Shown here piece by piece: positions 13,988 to 27,200 of a stretch of 64,000 nucleotides of DNA. The position numbers were made by a program, and so were the translations under genes. This stretch comes from Adineta vaga. Lineage: Eukaryota; Animalia; Rotifera. The notes below the pieces were generated by a model, which was not told where the DNA came from, did no database searches, and was given only the letters and a program-made list of their open reading frames with translations. The number at the start of each line of letters is the position of its first letter. Within the stretch, counting starts at the first letter, position 1. Where the stretch lies: the NCBI GenBank assembly GCA_021613535.1, contig CP075495.1, forward strand, positions 7,440,001 through 7,504,000, in the 5' to 3' direction.

Positions 13988-14773
13988 GAGTTTTAGTGTT
14001 TCCTCAGTAGCTTCTGGTCTTTTATCAATACAATAAGTGAGAGAAATTCAAAAAGGAGAACGATTTCTTGAACACCTACGCGTCGAATGCATCACTGGGT
14101 GACTCTGTGAAAATTTTTGTCCCACTTGAATTTTACAATGACCTTGATGCATAAGAAGATTCTACCAAAACTTAACCAGTGACCTTTTTGAACACCTTTC
14201 TAAACAAATTTCTCTATTTAGATACACAGTTAGATACTTTGTTTCATGGAGCATTTCGATCTCGAAGTACATGATTCCCAAGGATGTTCTTATAAAGCGG
14301 TTTTTCTGAAATTTGTTTTTCCATTGACGATTATTAGCCCTTTTGACCTTTCAACCACACTCGCTCATCGCTCCACCCTCATCCTCAAGATGAAGAAAGC
14401 ATGGATTCGTAAAAACTTTTTTTCCCACTTAACCCTCCTTTCAGTCGTGGGAACAAATCTTTGATTCAAATAATAAGATTATTGACATTAGCCAAGATAT
14501 TATTTAATGTTTAAAATGATAGTTTATATGAAGAAATACTACTTAGAACGAAGAAATATACAGGCAACATACAATACAATATTTTAAAAGTTTTTCTTCT
14601 TCAGTCTAATTGTAAATATATGTTTGAAAATGAAGATAAGAAGCATGAAAGAAAGAGAAAAAAAGAAGAAAAATTCATCATATCTGTAACACATTCTTCA
14701 CGAACAATGACATAAAGATATTAACGACTATGATTAAATAAATGATGAAAGTCAATAAGATTTTATAGAATAT

Positions 14774-15059
14774 TTATTTATGTCCATGTAATCGATTCTT
14801 TTCATTATTAGCCATAGCCGTAACAATCTTTCGTGTATCACCACCAGCATCATAACGTTGTGAATTGATTGCAACTTCTACTTTACTACGTTGTTTACCA
14901 CCACTATAAAAAAATTTAAAAGAACATACAATAAAAATGAATCTAATTAGAAAATTTGATTTACCTTCCAGCATGAAAATACTTTTCATATTGTTCATAA
15001 GTATCTTCAGCATTTTGTTCAGCTATTTCACTAGCTGAAATCGAGTTCATTGTTGCCAT
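14774..15059 (-). CDS. NUPR1: Nuclear protein 1 (p8)-like stress protein, 2 exons
   Basis: Exons 15059-14965 and 14903-14774 give MATMNS...YEQYEKYFHAGSGGKQRSKVEVAINSQRYDAGGDTRKIVTAMANNEKNR, matching the p8 pattern GKGRTKREA...GGHERKLVTKLQN. Confidence 0.85.
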
Positions 15060-15443
15060 TAATAAATTATCTAGAAATAGAGACATATACATTTATTTGA
15101 GTTAAATCAGAAGTACGCATTAGAAATAGACGCAATATCGAATGATATTACAGCCCTCGATAGAAACGAACGCAAAAAAAGACATTAGTCGTTAGTCTGT
15201 ATTTTTATCGTCGTCATTTCTATCAACTATAGAAGAGAGCAGCTGCGCTACTTTAAACTATTTCGGTTACTGATGTTAGTAGCGGTTGTAGCGATCGTAT
15301 ATAGGATGTCGCTTTTGATAGAAGTAGAAGAAGAAAAAGAAGAACGACGACGACCAGCATAAAATTAACTCACAAAAGAAATAGATACGTGTGGTCTAGA
15401 ATAAAAATTATAACTTATAATTTACATAAGATTCTATTTTAGT

Positions 15444-17518
15444 ATGACAATTGTATTCGCTGTAGGTTTGTTTTTAAAGTGTCTTATTGCAATCACTGAG
15501 TTTTCTTATATCTATTCCAATTATTGAAACGCGCTCAGACTATTAAAAATGAATTTTACAGTAGAATTGAAATCACTCACATTTAATCAAACATCACAGT
15601 TTCGTGAATTAGTTCAGCACATCCGTCGATGTATTCATCATCGTGCACAAACAAAAGAACAACAACATTATATGAAAATTTATTCTATAACTCATTATGT
15701 TGAACAACTCAGACGAGTTATGAATGAAAATCCATTACTAACTCGTGCACTCTTCAGATTCTATAACATCATAAAAAAGTTTTCCATATCAAATAATCGT
15801 ATGAATTTATATTTCATTGATTTAAATGACTATTTTCTTCTGTTATTGAAATGAAAAGGATTCTCTTCAACAATTGTTTTCGATCAGACAGATTCGAAAC
15901 TTAGTTTAGATGAAAAGACATCAGTTGATAATCTATATACAATTGAGCATGATACGGATCTGAAATCTGATCTATCAAAAATCAGTTTAACATTTTCTCA
16001 ATCAAATGAAGAAATTCATTTACGACCAACAAAATCGACTACTCACTATATTCAACCAACGAATATTTCTGAAGAAACAAGTGGCTTATTAACAAAAGCA
16101 ACTTTGGCTGCAATTGATAAGGTTTTCTAAGAGAATGATTTCTTCTAGCAAGAATATACCAACGAAAAAACATATTGTTATTCAAGGCAACACATCAACG
16201 TTCGTCGCGTGATATTCAAATTCTTGAACATCTACTAAATCATTGTGAAAGTTTTCGATATTTACCCACCCATGTTCGATATTATGCTGGTTAGTTAAAA
16301 TAGAATTTACTATCAATAAATTGATTTGAATATCAGCTCGTTCACTTCTACTTTTTACTTATCCATCAAATACGATTGTCACTCGTCAAAACTGTCCATC
16401 GTTTTTTGTTTATATAATTGTATCTGGTATTATTCCACTATTTTTCTCTTCAAATCTCTCTCTCTCTCTCTCTTTACAGGTCAATGTAAACTATTACTCG
16501 AAACTCAAGAAACAGCAATATTTGGTGATGAATTGAATATTGGTGATGTTTATGGTGATGATAATCTTGAGCATCATCTGAATGGATTGATTACCAATGA
16601 AACCACTCATTGCAAGTTCGTAATTTTTTCTCGAAGAGATATTCGAGTATGTTAGAAAGATTGATTTTCTAATATTGTTACCATTGAACAATACAAGGCA
16701 TATGACAATTCTTTATCTGATATGATGAAACAATCACTATTAGAACAACTTCGAGCACAATCGACATTTATTGCTCTTCACTGGCGAGATGACATCTTCG
16801 AATATTTTGTATTTTCTTGCTTTAAATTCTTTCAAATACATAAATAATTGTTTTCTTTGTAGTTAAAATGGTCGAAATATAAACAGTATTTAGCTGATGA
16901 AATAATCTATGGCAATGAAAAATATCAACATGATAATCTTTATTTTATTTTGCATGGTCAAATATCGTTTATATGTTTATTAGATTTTCCATTGATGGTA
17001 ATTGAACATCCTCAATTGAGTGAACTTTATCAAACATGGAATCATTCCGAACATAAAATGGAATCAAAAGCAAGAATTCACAAAGCTACAAAAGGTAAAA
17101 CAGCATGGCGTTTCTTGGATATTTTTAATCTTTCAAATGGACATTATTTTGGATTTGAATCAACAACAACGCATGCATGGTATCTTGCTCGAACTATTGT
17201 CGATATTATTTCCAGTAAGATTTCATCTTTTTCATTGTTTTTTCTTGTACTTCTCCTTTCTTTTAAGTTCCAAAAATTCGTTTTAAAGAACTGGGTCATT
17301 TTGCTCCCATGATATTCGAAAAACTTCGTGTAGATTTTCTTGATATTTATCCCAACGAAAATTTCATTCGTAATTCTTTTATAAAATATCTTCGTACAAA
17401 CAAATCAAATGAAAATGAACTATTAACAATGAAATTTAGTAATCAAAAGCAACGAATAGTAAGAAATAATGATAATAATATAAAGTGGATTCCTGAACAA
17501 AATCTTCTCAGTATGTAA
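15444..17518 (+). CDS. Cyclic-nucleotide-binding-domain protein (CNBD1/2-like), multi-exon
   Basis: Segments CESFRYLP...YPSNTIVTRQNCPSFFVYIIVSG|QCK...GDVYG and DNLYFILHGQI...LSNGHYFG fit two cNMP-binding beta-rolls. Splicing and frame near 16120-16150 are unclear, and the start is tentative. Confidence 0.6.
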
Positions 17519-17601
17519 AAATAAATATTCTTTAATTATCACATAAGCATATTTTCAAATAGATCAGTATAAAGAAAAACTTCATCTATCAAAAATAGAA
17601 T

Positions 17602-18802
17602 TTAAATCTTTGTTCCACGAACAACCAATCCAGCTTTCCGATAGATCTCATCAATGATTTTCATATTATGTATACCACTTGTTCCAGTTGTATACGCAAT
17701 TTCATATGCTTTATCAATCGAATCTTCCTTTTCAAAACATCTGATTGCTTCTATACATGCTCTCAATTGATAATAATAAGTTGATTGATTATCAGCATAG
17801 TTTTTTATTGTACGAGTTTGTCCATTATCTCGTTGGCGTATTGTTAAATAGTGATAAAATACTGGTGCAATCAGATATGCAATTGTAATTGTAGCACGTT
17901 CGCATTCGATAATGATTTGTTGTTTAAAAAATGACCAATCATTAGTAAATTCATTATGTATATTACATTGAATGCCATCTAATTTAAATTCGCTTCTCAT
18001 ACCATGATCAATTTGAGGATTAGTGGATGAAACTCGTAGAGGTTCTGCCTTTTGTATTTCAAATGAACCTTCATTTTGTTCAGTACGATTGTTATACGTA
18101 TTAACAATAAATCGACACATCGAAACCAAATAACAACCAATATCCATTTGAGCACCACCACCGAGCGAATATTGAAAACGAATATCATCATTTTTAAAGA
18201 ATCTTGCTGGAACAAGAAAAACACCGGTAATATTTTGAATAGCACCGATTTCATCTCTTTTGTAAGAATATCTTTCAGTGTTTCCGACAAAACGGATGAT
18301 ATCTATAATGAAAAGCTTCGACTAATAGACGATTTTGTCTTTTAGCTTCTTCAACCATTTCACGAACTTCTTCAGCATTATTTGCTAACGGTTTTTCGCA
18401 AAGAACATGTTTACCTAATCGTAAAGCTTTCATTGTCCATTCATAATGTAAACCATTCGGTAAAGGATTATAGATCATAGTAATATCGGGATCAGCTAAT
18501 AATTGATCATAGTTATCATAAACCTTAAGAAGAAGAAATGTTTGTTTTTTTGAGAAAGAATCGAACGTTCGAACTTTTACTTTGGGTATGTAATGTTTTC
18601 GGGCAAAAGCTTCTGCCTTTTGTCGATCTCTAGCAGCAATTCCATAAATCAAAACATTAGGTAATTTACTGGCGGGATTAAGTAATGCCATGTTACAAAT
18701 ATTGGCTGCACCAAGTATACCGATTATTAAAGCATCAGCTTGCTTGTGTAATTGTTTTGTATCACCACTAAAATGTGTCCATAGACGATTTAAAAGAGCC
18801 AT
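17602..18802 (-). CDS. Gfo/Idh/MocA-family oxidoreductase; one 57-nt intron, frameshift near 18255-18292
   Basis: GILGAANI, YNPLPNGLHYEW, GKHVLCEKP, EAFHYRYHP and DIRFQYSLGGGAQMDIGCY motifs. Intron at 18524-18580. The frame breaks just after HYRYHPF. Confidence 0.9.
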
Positions 18803-18837
18803 TGAATAATCTAAAAGAAATGAGAAGAAGTATGTTG

Positions 18838-19797
18838 TTAACGAATTAAACGTGATAAAGAAAATAATTTCGCAATCGGTCGATGATCACTAAAACGTAT
18901 CATCGATGTTGTCCAATAATCGATAGGTTCGATTCGACATTGATGATTTCGATATAGAATTCTATCTGTCCATGAAGAACGACGTAATGAATTATATGTA
19001 TCAGAATTTAGTTTATATTTATATGTTGGTGGAAATTTAATTGATAATTCAGAATAAGTTTTTAAGATATTCGTTTTTTCTTTTAATTCTTCTTTGTTGT
19101 CTTCAGTTTGACGATAATTTAAATCACCAAAAAGAAATAATCCATTATGTTCATTGATATTCCATTGCAGATTTTTATTTGAAGATTTGAATAACATACG
19201 TTGATGAATTGCGGAATATTGTTCATTTCTTAATTGAAAAGCTCGAAGATTTTCACCAGCTGATAAATGACAATTTAAAAAACAAAGAGATGTTCGATCG
19301 AATTCAAATCGAATACCAACACTTCCTTTATTTCCATAAATATTCATAAAACCCTGAAAAACAATTTTTTATTTAGTTTTTCTATGAAAGTGAGAAGTAC
19401 AAACGAACTGTTGGAACTTTTGAAGATGCAATAGATGAACATTGATCGAAATATGTTGAATGAACATAGATGAAAAGAATTATTCCTATATGAATAGATT
19501 TATAAATTATTAGAAAATAGTTAAGGATTTACCATTTAATCGAACATGAGATAGTAATCGATAATTTGGTAGAGTTTTTTCAATTAATTCTATCCATTGA
19601 TATTCAGACTTTTGTTGATTCGTTGTAAAAGCTAAAGGTAATTCCTGAAGACCGATCGCAATGATTTGAGGAGTAATATGTGGATAGATTAACCATGAAG
19701 AAAGATTGATATCTGAAGGTGGATAGAGTTTATGAGTATTGAATGATCCAATTAAAATTGATAGATCTGAAGAAACCTTGGATTTTGTCGCTGTCAT
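18838..19797 (-). CDS. Inositol polyphosphate 5-phosphatase (catalytic domain only), multi-exon
   Basis: IAIGLQEL, GNKGSVGIRF, CFLNCHLSAG, FLFGDLNYR, FPPTYKY, SWTDRILY and SDHRPI motifs. Confidence 0.93.
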
Positions 19798-20215
19798 TGT
19801 GTATAATAATAATAAACCTGCTTGATAAAAAAAAGAAAAGAAAGAAAAGTCTTTTTTTTCGTTCTGCTGCTTTGAATCATACATTATAGATGAATCATTG
19901 ATGTTAAGTTTTAGTAGAAAGCCTAGTAAAGACAGAATACGACAATATTTGCTTGAAAATCTAGTGACTATGGAATCTTGAAAAAGGACAGATAATTTAT
20001 TCGTACATTTACTTGAAATATAAAAATTGATTTATATATCTATATACTAAGAAATTTATTAAAAGTTTGAGTAATTATATAGATTATGAAGTTTCGCGAT
20101 GTTCATATTTATATTGAAAATAACACGATGACATTAGCATTTTTATGTAAAACGCAATGTCATTCTCCTCACATACGATAGGTACAATAAATAAAGAACA
20201 TTACTCATAGAAAAG

Positions 20216-20224
20216 TATATAAAG
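20216..20224 (+). promoter_or_regulatory. Candidate TATA box of the MDR dehydrogenase gene
   Basis: GTATATAAAG about 85 nt upstream of the ATG at 20306. Confidence 0.5.
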
Positions 20225-20305
20225 CACGCGTTTCTAGTACATAACCATCCAATTTTCTGTACGTAAAATACACTTCTTATTTCTATCGTCGATTTTATGT
20301 AAAAA

Positions 20306-21362
20306 ATGTCTAATCAAGAATACAAATTATCCGATGGTTCAGGATTTGATTCTCTTAAATTACACAAATCATCAACGATTCCTCAGCCGAATTCAGGTGA
20401 AGTTCAAATTAAATTTCATGCCTGTTCTCTTAACTATCGAGATTTACTCATCACCAAAGGATTATATCCATTATCATTGAAAGCAAATGTTGTACCATTA
20501 TCCGATGGAGCAGGTGAAATTGTAGCTGTGGGTGAAGGTGTTACACATTTGAAAATTGGTGATCGTGTTTCACCTAATTTTACTCTAGATCATATTAGAG
20601 GACAACTACCAGAAGGTGCATTTGCATCTACTCTTGGAGGTGGACATGATGGTTGTCTTCGTCAATATGGCACTTTTCGAGCTCTTAGTTGTGTGAAAAT
20701 TCCAAGTACACTTTCATACGAAGAAGCAGCAACGTTATCTTGTGCTGCTCTAACCGCTTGGAATGCTTTATACGGAATATCTGATAAAGCATTAAAACCT
20801 GGTCAAACTGTTCTTGTTCAAGGCACTGGTGGTGTAAGTCTTTTTGGTGCACAATTTGCATTAGCAGCTGGTGCAAAAGTAATTCTGACTTCATCATCTA
20901 ATAAAAAAATTGCTACTATTAAAAAAACATTTTGAAGAAAAGAATATTATGACAATTAATTATTCAGAATTTCCTGAATGGAGTACAAAAGCGAAAGAAT
21001 TAACCAATGGACGAGGTGTTGATCATATTCTCGAAGTTGGCGGTCAGAATACATTAAAACAATCAATTGAAGCACTTGCATTAGGTGGTTCTATTCATGT
21101 TATTGGATTTCTTGGTCATGGTAATGGTCCGGAAATGAGTGCATCCGAATTAGCTAGAAATACACTATATAAAAATGCTTGTATTCGTGGAGTTCTCATT
21201 GGTAGTGTTGAACAATTCAAGGCAATGAATAGTGCTATTGAAGCAAATAATATAAAACCAATTATTGATAAAGTCTTTCAATTTGAAGATGTCAAAAGTG
21301 CTTATGAATATCAATGGTCACAACAACATATCGGAAAAGTTGTGATTCAAATACCACAATAA
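20306..21362 (+). CDS. MDR-superfamily (MDR7-type) NAD(P)-dependent alcohol dehydrogenase-like protein; intronless, frameshift in A7 run at 20921-20927
   Basis: SLNYRDL, VPLSDGAGE, CAALTAWNAL, QGTGGVS, GVDHILEVGG and HIGKVVI motifs. Removing one A joins ORFs 20306-20935 and 20910-21362. Confidence 0.92.
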
Positions 21363-22754
21363 AAAAATAATAAACTTAGATAAACATTGCGATGCGTCAT
21401 TAAATTACTTGATCATTTGAATAGCTCACTCTTTGTAAATATGCGAATTTATTCAAATAAAATAAAGCAAAACAAAACAATGGATAGTCATATGGATGTT
21501 CTTCTTCAGTAGAAAAATGGATTTTTGAGATAACAAAAAACACGAAATATATTGAATATCTCCATTTTTGATTGTTTCAATGAGCTTTTCTTCCTTCATG
21601 AACATATTGCTTACCGCATGAATTGAATGACATTCGTTTATCAACTTTGTTTATGGAATTTTCCGATGTTAACATTAGTTTCGGTTCGTCAATTCGTTCA
21701 AATACATGTCTGTCTTGGATATCTATCAGTTTTTCGTCCAATATTAAAGAACATAATAATAATTGTTTAGAGATTACAAGTGATGATAATTGAGTGATAT
21801 CTAAATATTTTGCAATGGAGAACAAACAACATCTATGTGTTAGTGTCTCATTCTATTGGTTTTCATAATGATATCAATGGCATAAAAGCAAAACAAAGTC
21901 TGTTTCTAATCATCTAATAAAAATGTCTATACATTGTACGCATACAAAAGCCGTGATTAGATCTTCAAAGGAAGAGTTAAAACATTCTCTGTTGAAAATC
22001 TCTGATGAAATCTCGGATAATTCTTGTAGAATTTGTAAGTACTCATTAGAAGTTCTCCTAAACACATTTCTTTTACTAGAAGAAAAATTTCACATTGAAA
22101 TGTATTACGTGCTCAAGATGTGGATTAGAATTGAAAAAATCGGAACTTCACTCATGTAACTGAATATAGACCGCATTTCATCTTGTTCGGTAATGTTTTT
22201 ACCAAGATTAAGAATACAGCTACTGACGCAATTATCAAAATAGTACGGAAAAGAATTTTAAAATGTATCTTAATAAATGATAATCGAACTCATGAGCTCA
22301 TCTGATGATTAAATCGACACCTGCGATTATGAAGCTAAATAGTTCGTTTTAAGTGACCTGAATAATGGGTCTTTCAATAAAAAATAAAACAAATAGCGAC
22401 TTGAACGCTGAAATTAATTGTAATCATATCTTCTGTATCGAAAAATAGGCTATTCTTTTATTAGTTCATTAGAAGTACCAAAACAAAATATATCAATTCT
22501 TGGATCGAACGTAATATTTTTCATTGCAATATGTTAATTGAAGTCTATTGGAAATTTCAGCAAATATACAGCTGCATTGATGGAGAAAAGGAACAATTAT
22601 CTAATAGACTACCGGACGTGAGCGACTTATTGAATTACAGAGATATTTATTAATTCGTCTCTGGTACCTTAATGAAAATTTTCAATCGAACAATTCCTAT
22701 TTTCAATATTAGCTGTTGTTCCTCAATAAGAGTTATATCGCATATAGTAAACCA

Positions 22755-23316
22755 TGACGTTTCTTCATGGCATAAAAGGAACAACTGGCAATGTACCATT
22801 TTTTTGGTGGTGGTCGAAAACGATATGTGTGGAACTTTCTAAGTGCGCATTCATTTTTAAATGATAAAAAGTTTTTAAATTTGCTGTATTTTTATTCAGT
22901 TAAAGTAAGTGATGAATATAATGGACATCGATCACAATGGCAGCTTAGTGGAATGGAAAGGCCATTGTTTGTTATATCAATGGTGTTCGATCGATTGAAA
23001 AAGCTCTCGCCACATTTGGTAACGATGGTCGTTTTCAAAGTTGGTGTTGTCTCGCTTGTAAGTACGTATTTTCGATATGTTATTCGTTATAATGATAAGA
23101 TTTTCGTTGTTGTTTAGATTACATTTACTGTCAAATTGGTTTCGGTTATTAGGTCAATGTAGTAATGCATGTCTAATACAATTCTATGATCCATTGAATA
23201 GTTGTTTCCGTGAAGAAAAACTGAATCAATTCATCGTCAATATTTTAGAATCTGTTGAAGATTTTGGGTTTGCTCATTTGGAACCGGCATTACTCAAAGG
23301 TCTTGCTGGTATTTAA
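22755..23316 (+). pseudogene. RUN-domain gene fragment, frame-disrupted
   Basis: FLHGIK...FFWW, GRFQSWCCLA and LHLLSNWFRLL...FYDP..SCFREE resemble the RUN core blocks. Intron-like gaps are present, but frames shift around 22840-22960. Confidence 0.5.
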
Positions 23317-24275
23317 ATCTTTGGTCTATTTCTTTCGATCGTGTGAACTATTTTTTTGTTGTTGTGTTTGTCTGTATATAAAGTCCAACAAACAACAGTG
23401 TCATACACAAAAACCGAGTCGGCCTTCTTTCGTTGCAATACAATATATTTCTTTTTCTTTTTTCAATCATTAAATAAATATATATGAACTATTTCAGCGA
23501 TGCTTCCTTCTTTAAAATCAATCGGATGTAACTATCATTGTTATGGATAGGTAGAGAATGGCAATGGTCTTTCTCATCAAATTGAATGGGCGTTAAGGCA
23601 TGACTATATGTGATGAATGTTGAACATAATTTATAAAGCATATTAGATTATTGTGTTGAACAACATGTATGGTTTTCTATAATCAAGTGTTATTGACAAA
23701 TTATTAGCCAAAAGAAAAAGTTGAAATTATGAACTTCAACTATTCTTGCGCACCAATCAACGAATCATGTAAGATGAATTATGAAGACATTAGTATTTTT
23801 CATTCAGTTTAGTTTCGGTTGAATCTATTGTGTGAAAGAATGACAACAAAAGATAGAATAAATAGAATGATCCATTGAATCATGTCGATTTAGTGTCAAT
23901 AAATCTGTATGCAATAGAGAAATAAACATTTGCTACTATACTTACTTTTACACTAAAGTCCATTTCTAAATTTTTCTCCTATGGACACTAACTAATCTTG
24001 TGTTCTACACGACGATAGAGAAAAAAAAGAAAATCACTTTCTTTTGCATTTTATTGTTTTGCATCGCGTGTATACACATGATCTAGGCTATCTTAAACGA
24101 ATGATTCGTCTCTTCTACATTGACTGAATTTCGTTATGGCAAAACGAAAAGCATTTTCGATCATTTTACTTCTTTTCTATTTGAAAAACGTAATATAATG
24201 GATATTAAACCATTCGATTTCTCTGTCTATATAACGTGTGTATATTCTTTTTTCTTTTCAGCTTGTTAACTCGCC

Positions 24276-27200
24276 ATGCTATCTATTACAGATACATACA
24301 ACCGTCAATGTTCATACTATTATAATGAAATTTCAGAACATATCCCAGAACCACGGGTAAAACAGTTTTTTTTAGTTCTTTTGCATAGAACATAGGTACA
24401 CATCAATCGTACCGTTCAATTGAACTAGAGTCATCTTCTTTTTAAGATCATTTGAATTTTAATGCATTAATGATGTTGCTCAATGCAACTTGTTAATCGT
24501 ATCGTCTTAGGCAGAGATGGGCAGCTCCGACTCCGGAGCGACCGCTCCATGGAGCTAGCTCCGCTCCAGGAGCGGAGCTGGAGTGGAGCGATACATTGGA
24601 ACGTCGGAGCTGGAGTGGAGTCGGAGCGACTTTTTATTTTCAATTTAGCTTCCGCTCCTTTTTTTTCTTCAGTGTTCTCATGCGATACATAGAAAAATGA
24701 ATGAAAAAAAGGCTGGTCATTGTACGCTCGTCACATTTATTATCTTGTTCTTGCTTTTACGTCATTGACGGGATCTCAGACAATGAATGACCGCCCATTT
24801 ACGATCTTTTTATCTGACTAATTGGCTGACATATCGTAAATTTCAGACAGAAAAATAAGGTTACGCCCAAGAGAAAAAAGACATGATATAAAATGCGACA
24901 CGTGACCGGTGTATAATCAGAACAATATCTCTCAGCTAAATACGAATTGAACAAAAACGATTATCATGGAAACACAAACACATGATCTTCACATCGATGA
25001 ATTATCTCCTGTTACTATCGTCGATAATAACGATTCAATATCGAAGAACAATGAAAAAAAAGGTAATACTATTCTTGAAAAGTTCTTCGAGGATATGAAA
25101 ACGCACGAAGACGGCTCGAAATCTGCCAAATGCGTATTATGCGATACGATCGTTAAACAATCCACAACATCAACCTATAATTATGGGCGTCATGTTCAGC
25201 GTAAACACAAGACGGATATGGAATTATGGAAGGCCGAATCAGAATCCAGAAAAGCAGATGATAAGAAGAAACAACCGACAATTCACCAATCATTTGGTAA
25301 TCGATGTAAGTTTGTTAATTAGAAGTGTACATACATTTATGTTCATTTTAGTGAACGAGAAATATAGTGCTCGTAGTGGTCGTCAACTAGAACTTACTCA
25401 AATGATTGTACACGACTTAATAATTGATTTGGGATTACCATTATCTGTTGTCGATCATCCAGCATTTCTACGTGCAATGAACATTGTAGATCCAAGGTTT
25501 ACTGTCATGTCTCGGCGTACTCTTTGTCGTGAAATATTACCATCAACTCTTGATCGTATCATGGCGAAAGTAAAACAAGATTGTAAGAATGCGAAGTTTG
25601 TAGCGTTAACGCTAGATGTCTGGACAGACCGTAGAATGCGCGCGTTTATTGCGATTACCATGCACAAAGTTAATGATAGTGATGGATCGACTGAAAATTG
25701 TCTTTTAACGTTTCAACCTCTTTCAGGTAAGTTGATATACGTTGCTATAATATTTGTAAAAGCATCTATTTTAGGACCACATACTGGTGAAAACTTACGT
25801 CGACAGCTTGAAGATACTATTGCGGCTTTTAATATAGAAGAAAAGTTAGTCAGAATTGTTACGGATAATGCATCAAACAATCTCAAAGCATTTGATGAAC
25901 TTGTAATACCTGGTTTTGAAGTTTATTTTGAACCCGAAGACGATGACGACGAACATGATGATGATGATGATGATTCACCCGAGAATGGTGAAAATGATGA
26001 ACAAGTTGATGGAACAGATCAAGAAGAACGACTTCGTATTCCCTGTTTTTCACACACGTTACAACTTGTAGTTGGTGATGGATTGAAGGGCTGTGAGACT
26101 GCAAAATCATCTCTTGCCAAAGTTGCAGCAATAGCAAAACTTAGGTAAGATGACGAAGAAAATTTCTAGTAATATAAATTTTCACTCAGAGAAATTATCA
26201 CTGTATTAATAACTTTGTCTGTTCTAGTCACAAATCGTCATTATTTGCGGAAAATTTGCAAAAAGAAAACATTAGTATTCCAATAGCTGTTAAGACAAGA
26301 TGGAATTCTCAACATCATACCATTTGCAAAATTCTTGAAATATCTCACGCATTACTCAACGATTTATTGCGCAATGTTGGTCGTTCTGATCTTATTCTCA
26401 CGGCTCGTGATATTATTATTCTTCAGGAATTTGCTAGTATTTTTGCTTTATTCGCTGAAGCTACAACACGTTCACAAGCTGAAAAAACTGCTTCAATTTC
26501 GTTAGTTGCACCAAGCATTCTTTCTATTTATTTTGATCTCGAACGAGAACGTACTAATTGCAAATATCTTGGATCACTCTGTCGTACATTACTCAACTCT
26601 TTACATGAACGATTTGGTGGCCTTCTTGAACGATGCGAAGTCTTTGCTGATGATAATATTAAGATAAAGAAACTTTCTACATACGACCTTTACAAAGATG
26701 ATCTTTTCTTAATTGCGCCTTTTCTGGATGGTCGATTCAAGCTCAGCTGGGTGCTCGCATCTGATCTGCCTGATTCAGCAAAAGAACACTTAACAAATAC
26801 GATTAAAATACTTATATCAAAAGCGGCGTTGCAATTATATGGCTCACTAAATCATATGTTAGATTCGGATACGGAATCGTCTGCTACTGATCGTTGTGCT
26901 ACTGAAGATGAATCATTGAACAATTTACCAAGCTTCAAACGAAAACGGCTATTTTCCGGTTATGAAGGACAAAAAACACCGGCAAAGAAGAAACGTTCAT
27001 GCATCTCAGAAGCAATCGCAGGTGAAGTTTGTATGTTTGAAAAGGAAGATAATGGTGATTCTACTTTGGTCTTCAAAAAGAAAAATGCTTATCCATATTT
27101 ACAACAGCTTGCCACTAGAGTATTTTGTATACCTGCCACGTCCGCACCAGTTGAACGCGTGTTTTCTTCAAGTGGAATATTAATGCGTCCTCATCGTAGT

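Noticed and set aside
20915-20935. Programmed ribosomal frameshift in the MDR gene
   Set aside because: The shift needed is +1 in a plain homopolymer with no evident stimulatory structure. A sequencing error or mutation is far more likely.
21400-22200. Coding-like minus-strand stretch
   Set aside because: Multiple stops and no recognisable motif, so no product can be supported.
24520-24660. CRISPR-like or satellite array of GGAGC repeats (also 27440-27640)
   Set aside because: Irregular short motifs without spacers, explained as hAT subterminal transposase-binding sites.
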